Positions 11,701-16,574 of a stretch of 55,874 nt of DNA are shown here, piece after piece. Source of the DNA: an uncultured Gammaproteobacteria bacterium (lineage in GTDB: Bacteria; Patescibacteriota; Patescibacteriia; Buchananbacterales; UBA6539). How positions within the stretch are numbered: the stretch's first letter is position 1; each line of letters starts with the position of its first letter. The translations under genes and the position numbers were made by a program. The notes under the pieces were generated by a model. The model searched no databases, was not told the origin of the DNA, and saw only the letters and a list, made by a program, of their open reading frames with translations. The DNA lies in NCBI GenBank assembly GCA_964470025.1, contig CAYXZR010000003.1, positions 1 through 55,874 of the forward strand, written 5' to 3'.

Positions 11701-13230
11701 AAATATAACGTTTTTATCAGTCAACGCTAATGGCGCACGTTTAAGCTTATCTGCGTTTTCCTGTGCTTGCTGCATTGGTCGGTTATCTTGACCATAAATA
11801 ACGCCAGTGTGTTTGTCAGGTAGACCACGTTGCTCGTAATACTCCGCATCATCAATAATCTGGCCTTTGCCTAACAAACCATCTGGCGAACTTGAACGCA
11901 TTGGTTCTTGTTGAATCAATTCACCTTCGTACTGATAAGGCGCTACATCATAGCCTGTTGCTGTTTCGCCAGGTATAGTCTGTAAATTTGTTTGCTTAGG
12001 AATAACAGCAGGCACATTGCTAGGGCGAATATTATTATTGATTAAATCATCACCCATTGCGCCAAATTGATTTTGACTTTCAACGCCATTTTGACGCGCA
12101 TACGCTGGCACATCATAGTTAGGTGCTGTGGTTTGGTTTACACGTTGAATTTGTTCTTCCGATAAAGTAACAGCATTGCTAGAAGGGGCGCGATTAACAC
12201 TTTCATCATCAAGTGTTTGATCTTCATTGCCAACATTAGGGTTGGTTAAATCTATTTGGTCGCCTTCACTGGCTTTTGGTTTATGTAATTCGCCTGTTAA
12301 AGTTCCGTAAGTTCCCTTAATCGCACCACCAGTTAAGCCGCCTATCACACCCTCAGTCAGCATTGTGTTACCAAGGCCATCACTTGGGTTAATACTTGGA
12401 TCTGCGTTATCACGTAAAATAGCATTGCTTCTATAATGCTCAGTACCGCCTTGCAATGACTCCGTTGAACCTTCAACAGCAAAACCTTTTGCAGCATTTG
12501 GCAATACAGAGCGTGCGCCTCTAGTCGTTTTGCCAAGCACGCCAAGCACAGAACTGTCACCAATTGCAGATAGGCCAATATTAGCCGCCCACATTGCTGG
12601 ATCTATCTCAGCTTCATAGCTTGCCTTATCCGCCAATTGCTTACGAGCTAAATCTAACTTAATCGCATCACTTGCGTTTGCAAATTCAGGACTGTTATCA
12701 ATCGATAGAAACAGCTCTTTGTATACTGGTGAATTAGCCAGCGTTTCAAAATCCGTATTTAAAACTTGTTCTTTAACACCGTGCGCTGTTTGTCCTTGAG
12801 CAGAAGCACCACCAGACAAACCCAAGCCGCCCATTTGTGTAGCAGTTGTCCCAGCTTTCAATCGGCCAATAGTTGATATAGCTTTACCAGCCCCAAGACC
12901 AAGCGGCAAAGTAGTTGCCATTTGCCCAACACCAGACGACAAGTGAAGCCCCACACCTCGCGCCCCCATATCAGCTAAACTATCGGCTTGCATAGCCCTT
13001 TGGCTTTCGTCTGTCATTTCTAAAACCTGCTCTCTTGCAGGTTCAAAGAAATTTTTCTCGGCAAAATCTTCGTTAATAAAGTTAGCAACACCGCCAGCCG
13101 CATTCAAAGCGCCCATTTGGAAGGCATCTACTAGATCGCCCCCGTATGAGGTGTTTTGGTTGGCTTTTAGTTCGTTTTCTTTATCAATGCTGGCATACAT
13201 TGCCTGTCTTTGTTCTTGGGTAAGTGGCAT
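2779..13230 (-). CDS. Giant polyvalent protein, 3,483 aa (ParB-like + SF2/SNF2-type helicase + N6-adenine DNA methyltransferase + unassigned N- and C-terminal regions); DarB-like, probably virion-delivered
   Basis: Uninterrupted 10,452-nt ORF. Motifs read directly: IITGRHRFDLAKRSG, GTGTGKT, IIADESQ, QIEGRPVRVG, LLEPSGGHG, IVMNPPYG. It is the last gene of the late operon. Confidence 0.95.
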   Translation of the reverse strand: MPLTQEQRQAMYASIDKENELKANQNTSYGGDLVDAFQMGALNAAGGVANFINEDFAEKNFFEPAREQVLEMTDESQRAMQADSLADMGARGVGLHLSSGVGQMATTLPLGLGAGKAISTIGRLKAGTTATQMGGLGLSGGASAQGQTAHGVKEQVLNTDFETLANSPVYKELFLSIDNSPEFANASDAIKLDLARKQLADKASYEAEIDPAMWAANIGLSAIGDSSVLGVLGKTTRGARSVLPNAAKGFAVEGSTESLQGGTEHYRSNAILRDNADPSINPSDGLGNTMLTEGVIGGLTGGAIKGTYGTLTGELHKPKASEGDQIDLTNPNVGNEDQTLDDESVNRAPSSNAVTLSEEQIQRVNQTTAPNYDVPAYARQNGVESQNQFGAMGDDLINNNIRPSNVPAVIPKQTNLQTIPGETATGYDVAPYQYEGELIQQEPMRSSSPDGLLGKGQIIDDAEYYEQRGLPDKHTGVIYGQDNRPMQQAQENADKLKRAPLALTDKNVIFTADERKWRGMSSGHPFRSERALKLSAPYKAAVKSGAQIDIQKTKGGYVWSAIENTRLQDDSVSESIGAGQDNYGVGNDGALFVDGERERTARSNDIPEGNEVSSREGILGGNRSPSDDSAIEDSKIAVNDTVSNVDVIQTPVNELSLSSDIPQFKSGSDSDGVVEPLTGKFDPVGMSPIQVWVRKDGRKEIITGRHRFDLAKRSGISNIPAQYHFESKGFTADDGKRLDAILNIREDKGQVEDYVELFKQDGITESEAKQYGLLDRATGRTAYKIANSAVNETIEAQRSGRISSQAAEAIADAAPNNEKLQVLGIKAIADDQRSIAFAKNLIHAVSAISKTNSQKADNGDLFGFDDSAMREAEDMAKVAAKKQRELRTRLNSIRGAAKNPKLAKEEGVDVKDPQSLIKRTQALSDEAKAWDSWHTNPNLVSQIKSEINEIEQPNPQELRAVTDGSITEGDAQTNSFFENENQSGLFGNDEIEQSTETVDKPVDKPLKANNIKGSAAAPDPKPSKLDTAEQKLNDELSDLFGELKAAFKEQKGTFNSGIDPKIAFIVSKIGAVLAAKGVVKFAQWANKLVKLAMQNGIPKDDIKPYLKSSYGAIANDPDRYGVSDDVADSMDSPREVRAADVDAILEENAKPEQEPQSDSRTVDETKRSDVIGGNEATDRKITSLSYERSKKRTEKNVEGFISGNGQGGYIKEPLTYKKTPYSTHERLLENKLTKDEFEAAIVEIKEDKDVILDKIKLELKGGGALAIAYRDFVNDSSWGRKTNSQKAAIAYSKMVSDIERITQQSDTTPVKQPSNTSQAKPIPKPNLATKFKAGDLSSVKQSLPMLTDKQADDMVKIENRFNGLNGVKKGRGFLLTNGTGTGKTFNGLAAIARAKQQGKKNILILSLSDGISNQWIKTGKDHFDLDIYKIGDESPTNRGDRGKEITIASYVTFGDSKPLVTERDWDLIIADESQTLMQGAQAIPSKALKSLRSVIGHSEFNHKAYLFFADEQAKINDLYQSLNKTYLSAGLSVEDASAKAQSETQTEQDKLNTKIREKAEQFKKEAKAKPNDNTNVLMLSASPFAYVKNLDYAEGLLFNYSDYGPEFEGGYENAGHGHNAFYIENFGYRWRNHRLTTPSGKVNSGLMERNFYENMKKQGVLSGRFIEIDNDFGRNFYIVESAAGKKLDDAISIINDSKNDKDESLYPNLSTALRNLFDFTEQVKFTEAIKAPETVKVAKKMIEQGKKVIIFHSYNVGGSSNPLSRLYSNSNPEVQNELSILERANRGILDINFGGLERPLDVFQDAFGDSVVFYNGKVPAKQRIANKDAFNEKGGKVKVIVVQQDAGSAGLSLHDVHGDEPRVLINMGLPFKPVQSIQIEGRPVRVGVKSDTAIVYMTTGTRFEEYAFASKIATRADTADNLALGDEARGIKDSFVDGYSELIDNPDAIQFDGAKAMAERQKLSPFDKAKAYYYGVLKNNKRRDQREGVDYFATPEPLGLKMVEWLQAAPGDRLLEPSGGHGAIARFFPSDTINKAIEDSPNLINKLQLVFNGNAKKGDFLKMPLINKFEGIVMNPPYGVGGKTAMEHLSKAVKHLAFGGRIVALIPHGGNASKNFDKFLDEHEKQIQLTKSITMPRSTFENAGTSVSSKVVVLDKLEKGHDVIQHEETNLRDDYSIDEFFNRIENMDLPDRDRPEKPEVDFKRYSVVRNKKFSTEVSIKKSFHDFASENREGIMDIAREYDGFNEERSDGYTFSFKNEDSAEDFANEIAAMINDSGIKYRDLMPDVASVPNGTFKASRENPDLVGYTMDSKHTKTDDDLFVVNFEGDMGDEYSDINSIAKDNGGYYIKAALRRFYTPKDGGEKQGTPTYTFKSKDDRDAFISALSMRSADAESLAFNKAKDAPPKGISHRAAKLALHKFMKEYQGAGNTKVVIADKDQADVLGAEYSIDKIGYVKGAYGRDTDTLYIFPQNHRSMDDLRATLQEEILVHKGILGLPPIHQQALLLAIMDTRKSPKKSIKEAWARIDRLYGHESEVDKAEEFLAKISHDKMNLLDRYYQKLLSAVHKIMVKLGLTRAEMSRADMRLMVYKMSESLKTKRENNNSKPNGKSLKFNLAESAEPARSGMDKLGLGETDISSILDKLKPSSIKSHLTKDNFTKFKERATEGVFDSLYGIKKAEDSLNISPEKSGYISARLSTGVSDVLHGVMFFGAPQWKDGVVARKDNTKGLLEVLGKLDETQLNNWLAWMGGNRADKLMQEGRENNLNQDEIDALKALNKGNEALFDEIKAEYNKINSATLDLAQEAGLVDSDARSNFDEEWYVPFFREQEEGELDVDSVLSGPMSKKGIANQTGNLRKLKGGKQATKDILSNIMQRQATLIEASMKNKAMVEVAENLSGSSFMQEASLNMFEKQAERKARQYGKSEYVEIRVNGKDKWYKVQDASLMRALTQLTMKRDDNPLMKISRAAKRLLTTGVTLSPDFILRNFIRDSVHGWMINKDGFKFGKDSYIGAKQTWANDEATLDLMFAGASFQGGYVHANDPEKAAQQIRRALRKKGLSKSEIDKYIGSIAKSTGELFEKYRSVADAMENANRASTYSRAKEAGKSAKVAAFEAKDFMDFSLQGNFKMMQFFIDVLPFFNARMQGLYKLYRSSKAQGNDQLLKVFSKELLIKGSKVAAFSLGLALLNSDDERYEDLQDWDKDANWHFFLGDTHIRVPKPFELGVVFGTVPERMFNFASGNQTADDLRKSLMHGITETLAMNPIPQVIKPGLESYMNHSFFFDGPIEGMGDQFKRPEDRYSIYTSETAKALGEAFGFSPKKIEHLTQGYLGTLGMYLLGAADLLSNSAAAVTGNGEFKVNELDDLALIRKFVKHDEVSSGYYSKQFYDMMGDISGAYNAYKDAIAEQDQDTVKELLEDSKAPLQFRKIANRAMYKINQLNRQRNIIGKHSNYSQDKKDQLLDDIERKKNAIFKRIILEYRALNE
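6780..7290 (-). other. Domain: SAM-dependent N6-adenine DNA methyltransferase (motif I then motif IV, gamma-like order)
   Basis: EPSGGHGA encoded at 7162..7185. NPPY encoded at 6997..7008 (aa 2075-2078). Confidence 0.8.
7530..9180 (-). other. Domain: SF2 (SNF2/DEAD-like) helicase/translocase
   Basis: Walker A GTGTGKT at 9079..9099. Motif II DESQ at 8809..8820. C-terminal lobe VIIFHSYN..., VVQQDAGSAGLSLHD, QIEGRPVRVG near 7570..7990. Confidence 0.8.
10950..11260 (-). other. Domain: ParB/Srx-like (ParB N-terminal nuclease-like fold)
   Basis: PIQVWVRKDGRKEIITGRHRFDLAKRSGISNIPAQ. GRHR is encoded at 11110..11121 (aa about 704). Confidence 0.6.
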
Positions 13231-13241
13231 TTTATAAGCTC

Positions 13242-14600
13242 TTAAAGTCTGTTGTTGGCTAAAAATGGATTATTGGCATTTGGATCAGGTAAATTTAATC
13301 CTCGCAAATTTTGGGCAATTTGCGTGGTTTGTTGTGGTGTAAATCCAGATGCGGACTGGCTTTGTTGCGTTTTGCTTAATTGAGCAATAATGTCTTGTAA
13401 GCTGTCGTTTCTTCCATTGGCGCGGGATGCGTTAAGCTCGCTTATAGCCTCCAACGCTAACTGCTCATCACCGTTCGCAAGCGCTAAAGCATCTTGTTTT
13501 AGCTTTTGGCTATTTGCTTGATCACCGCTGGGCAAACCCGCCTGTTGAACCAATTGATCATATTGTGCTTGCAAGCCTTGAACTTGCTGTAACACTCGCG
13601 TTTTTTGTTCTTCTGTAACACCAAACTCAGAATTTAAAGACTCGTACAAGTCACCAATATTCTTCTGAATGTCATTAGCAGCAGCTAGTGCATCTTTAGG
13701 GTTTAAGGCGCTTGGTTTTCTGTTAGCTAGTTGTTGTTGAGAAATAACGCCCTGCAAGTGTTTAGCTAAAGTAGCTGTTTTCGCTTTGGCTTGAATATCA
13801 TCAAACGCTTTATCCCAAGGTATAACCATTACACCTGTGCCAGGCTTTGAGTTTCGACCATTGTTCACAAATGATTCGTATGAACTGCCATCATCACGAT
13901 ATGTAACCATTTTAATTTTTACACCATCATCGGTCGGAATTAAACCAGTAATAACGTTTTTGGCAATGGTGCCACCGCCTCTTGCTGGTTGGCCTACAGA
14001 TTTATTTGCCAATCCCTGATAAGTCGCTTGAATATGCTCTAACTTTGGCATAGAGCCATTGGCAAAGCCGTTGCCTATCTCAATTGCCGAATCGGGATAA
14101 TTCAAATGGTTGTACTTGGGTAAGCTTCCATACTTACTTAAAAAACCTTGGAAATTTTCAGCAACGTTTAACGGTATATTGCTATGTAACTGCCCTGTTT
14201 GTGGATCGATTGAGCTTGTTACAATGCCCTGCCACATAGCATCAGCATCTTTTTCCATCATAGCTTTACTGGTTATTTCGTTGTTTAGCCCGATACCCTT
14301 CATTTTTGCATCATGCTCGGCATCTTGCTGGTCAAATGTTGTTTGCTGGCGATCAACCTGACCTTGGAGTAATTGGGTATTTAAGCCGTAGTTAGTCATT
14401 TGCACACCGTGGCGCTCTGCGTTCTGTGCATCTAAAGCACTCTGGCGATTGCGATTGTAATCACGTTCTTCCAAATAACGTTGATCTAAAGCGCTTTGCC
14501 TAGCCTGTTGATCATCGTATTGCTGCTTTTGAAAGTCGCGTTGCTGCATATCACGAACCAAGCCGTAACCAGTTTGTAAACCTTGAATAACACCTGCCAT
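13242..14600 (-). CDS. Q/N/A-rich protein, 452 aa (internal-virion/ejection protein candidate)
   Basis: ATG 14600 shares TAATG with the upstream stop. The track start 14654 is a non-ATG extension. No enzymatic motif seen. Function is inferred from position only. Confidence 0.65.
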   Translation of the reverse strand: MAGVIQGLQTGYGLVRDMQQRDFQKQQYDDQQARQSALDQRYLEERDYNRNRQSALDAQNAERHGVQMTNYGLNTQLLQGQVDRQQTTFDQQDAEHDAKMKGIGLNNEITSKAMMEKDADAMWQGIVTSSIDPQTGQLHSNIPLNVAENFQGFLSKYGSLPKYNHLNYPDSAIEIGNGFANGSMPKLEHIQATYQGLANKSVGQPARGGGTIAKNVITGLIPTDDGVKIKMVTYRDDGSSYESFVNNGRNSKPGTGVMVIPWDKAFDDIQAKAKTATLAKHLQGVISQQQLANRKPSALNPKDALAAANDIQKNIGDLYESLNSEFGVTEEQKTRVLQQVQGLQAQYDQLVQQAGLPSGDQANSQKLKQDALALANGDEQLALEAISELNASRANGRNDSLQDIIAQLSKTQQSQSASGFTPQQTTQIAQNLRGLNLPDPNANNPFLANNRL

Positions 14601-14839
14601 TAGAATAGCTCCGTTAATGCGTAACCTGCGACAGCACCAATGGCCGCGCCCCAAGGACCACCCACCTGTGCACCAATCATGGCGCCGCTTGTTGTGCCAC
14701 TCACTTTCTCTGTTTTCTCAGCTCGCTTTAGCTGTTCATTCTGCATATTGCGCTGCGTTTCTTGTTGGGCGCTTTGCCCCATCATTTGCATGGCTTGCTG
14801 CCGTGTTTGTGTACCACGACCTAAAATACCGTATCCCAT
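14600..14839 (-). CDS. Small glycine-zipper membrane protein (79 aa)
   Basis: C-terminal GAMIGAQVGGPWGAAIGAVAGYAL. Tightly packed between neighbouring genes. Confidence 0.7.
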   Translation of the reverse strand: MGYGILGRGTQTRQQAMQMMGQSAQQETQRNMQNEQLKRAEKTEKVSGTTSGAMIGAQVGGPWGAAIGAVAGYALTELF

Positions 14840-14840
14840 G

Positions 14841-15437
14841 TTAGCCCCCGTTTTTTAATTGTTCAGACAGCACAGAGCGGCCGCTAGAACCTGTTAAAAT
14901 TGAGTCCTGCAAGTCACTTGTTGCCACGCGCATATTGTTTTTAGCTTGAGCAATGCCCAAACCTGCACTTAACTGACTTTGTCTATTTTGTGATGCTTGT
15001 TGAAGTGCGCTAGGTGCAATACCAAAGCGTGAATTTCTAACGGCTTCTGATTGCATTCGCGACTTTTGAGCTGAATTAGCATTAGCACTAATTCGAGATA
15101 ACTGCTTATTTAGCATTTCGGGATTATCAATTAAACCTACTAGCTGCTCGTCATATGGCTTAAATCGCCCCAAATAATCTGAATATTCGGAGCGAATCAA
15201 TCCAGCCATTACTTTTGAAGCGTATTTCTTATCGTTTGGATCTACGTTTGGGGGCGCTTGATAGTGCAAATCACCATATTCAAACGATACATCATGGTTG
15301 GGAACTAAGGTATTACCTGGTACATTGCCAGAGTTGGTTGGCGCGCTAGGTATGCCATAGTCAGAGTCGGGCCCCGTATAGTTAGGAATATTTAAATCTA
15401 CGCTGTAATAGGCTTCGGGATTCCAGTTAGAACTCAT
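14841..15437 (-). CDS. Hypothetical virion protein candidate (198 aa)
   Basis: ATG 15437 lies 2 nt after the upstream stop, preceded by GGGGG. S/N/Q-rich C-terminal half. Confidence 0.7.
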   Translation of the reverse strand: MSSNWNPEAYYSVDLNIPNYTGPDSDYGIPSAPTNSGNVPGNTLVPNHDVSFEYGDLHYQAPPNVDPNDKKYASKVMAGLIRSEYSDYLGRFKPYDEQLVGLIDNPEMLNKQLSRISANANSAQKSRMQSEAVRNSRFGIAPSALQQASQNRQSQLSAGLGIAQAKNNMRVATSDLQDSILTGSSGRSVLSEQLKNGG

Positions 15438-15439
15438 AG

Positions 15440-16081
15440 TTAACCCCCATTCCACGTATTCATAATGTCATCACTATAATCACTTGCATTGCTGCCGATA
15501 ACACCGCTCTGCGTAGTCGTTTTATTAGGGTTTGTATAGTGCGCTAATCCAGCACCTACAGCACTTCCAGCAACCTCACCCATAAGTTGACTATTTTGCG
15601 CTTTGTTTAACGCTGAATTTCTAGCGTAAGCTGCCGAATTAGATGCAATGTCACTCATGCCTGCAATGGCATCAGCTTCTTTACCAGCACCAATTGCCGA
15701 TATAGCTTTAAGCCCACCCACAAAACGCTCATTTTGCGTGGACAGTGTTCTTGACGTTGTATCAACCTTCGCATTTTCCATTGCGTTGTGTAGCGCACTT
15801 TGACGCGCTTGAAACTTGCCGCTGTTGGGATTTATACCGCCACGAAAAGTGTTGGCGTTATCCGCATTAATAGCAGACTGAAACGCCATGTTGGTTGATG
15901 TTGCGCCTTGATTTGACGCTTGCTGAAACTGCTTATCGCTTCCCATGCGATTAACTTTTTGCATAAAATTATTTTCAGCTGGCTTAAAAACTTGCTGATA
16001 ATCGTTCCATTTTTTAAGTGCTACTTCGGCATACGCCTTCTGTTCTGGCGTTTCTTTTACTTCTGAGTCACCACCACCCAT
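15440..16081 (-). CDS. Hypothetical virion protein candidate (213 aa), N/S/A/G-rich
   Basis: ORF tightly coupled to its neighbours. Compositionally similar to the next two genes. Confidence 0.7.
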   Translation of the reverse strand: MGGGDSEVKETPEQKAYAEVALKKWNDYQQVFKPAENNFMQKVNRMGSDKQFQQASNQGATSTNMAFQSAINADNANTFRGGINPNSGKFQARQSALHNAMENAKVDTTSRTLSTQNERFVGGLKAISAIGAGKEADAIAGMSDIASNSAAYARNSALNKAQNSQLMGEVAGSAVGAGLAHYTNPNKTTTQSGVIGSNASDYSDDIMNTWNGG

Positions 16082-16083
16082 AA

Positions 16084-16452
16084 TTAGACCTCTTTGTTAA
16101 TGGTAAAGGTGTCTTTGTGTCGGCTAATTACATCAAACCCAAGTTGACGCGATAGCTTCACAACACCTTTACGCTTTGTTTTAAATTGAATGAATTTGGC
16201 ATCAGCAGACCTAGCTAAACTAACCAGATAATCAATGCCCTCTTTGAATGGAATTTTTGTCGATGTTGCAAACTCAACAAACAAACCTAACTCACCGTCA
16301 TAGTTAAACTTCGGATGGTAAATGCAGTAGTAAAATTCGCCCTGAATAACATTGGCTTTGTTTTGCTTGGGTAGGTTTAGAGCTCTTTTTATTTCGATTC
16401 GGTTACCAAAATAAGCTTTAAGTAAGGTTTTTCTTAGTAAATGCTTTTGCAT
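16084..16452 (-). CDS. Hypothetical protein (122 aa from ATG 16452; alternative TTG 16467)
   Basis: First gene after the 16466..16498 hairpin. No confident motif (only a weak GNAT-like ...LSRQLGFDVI tail). Confidence 0.6.
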   Translation of the reverse strand: MQKHLLRKTLLKAYFGNRIEIKRALNLPKQNKANVIQGEFYYCIYHPKFNYDGELGLFVEFATSTKIPFKEGIDYLVSLARSADAKFIQFKTKRKGVVKLSRQLGFDVISRHKDTFTINKEV

Positions 16453-16465
16453 ATCCCATGAACGC

Positions 16466-16498
16466 AAAAAGCCCCTGCATTGCTGCGAGGGGCTTTTA
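16466..16498 (-). terminator. Intrinsic terminator (minus strand)
   Basis: Minus strand reads AGCCCCTcgcagcaatgcAGGGGCTTTTTG: 7-bp GC-rich stem followed by a T-run. Confidence 0.7.
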
Positions 16499-16513
16499 TC
16501 TCAAGTTAGAAAA

Positions 16514-16542
16514 ATAGTACCCTAATTTCGGGGGTAAAGCTA
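16514..16542 (-). promoter_or_regulatory. Late-promoter-like site carrying the TTACCCCCGAAA element
   Basis: Minus strand: TAGCTT-tacccccgaaattaggg-TACTAT (17-nt spacer). The 12-mer is identical to the one at 38675..38686. The -35 is poor. Confidence 0.35.
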
Positions 16543-16574
16543 GACAACAAACACATTGCTAAAACAATCACAAC

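Noticed and set aside
2779-13230. Giant ORF as an N4-like virion RNA polymerase or as a tape-measure protein
   Set aside because: The motifs read are helicase, methyltransferase and ParB-like. No RNAP-type catalytic motif or tape-measure-like uniform helical repeat was seen. DarB-like/polyvalent is the better fit.
16084-16452. GNAT acetyltransferase call for the 122-aa protein
   Set aside because: Only a vague C-terminal ...LSRQLGF resemblance. No Q/RxxGxG/A acetyl-CoA motif.
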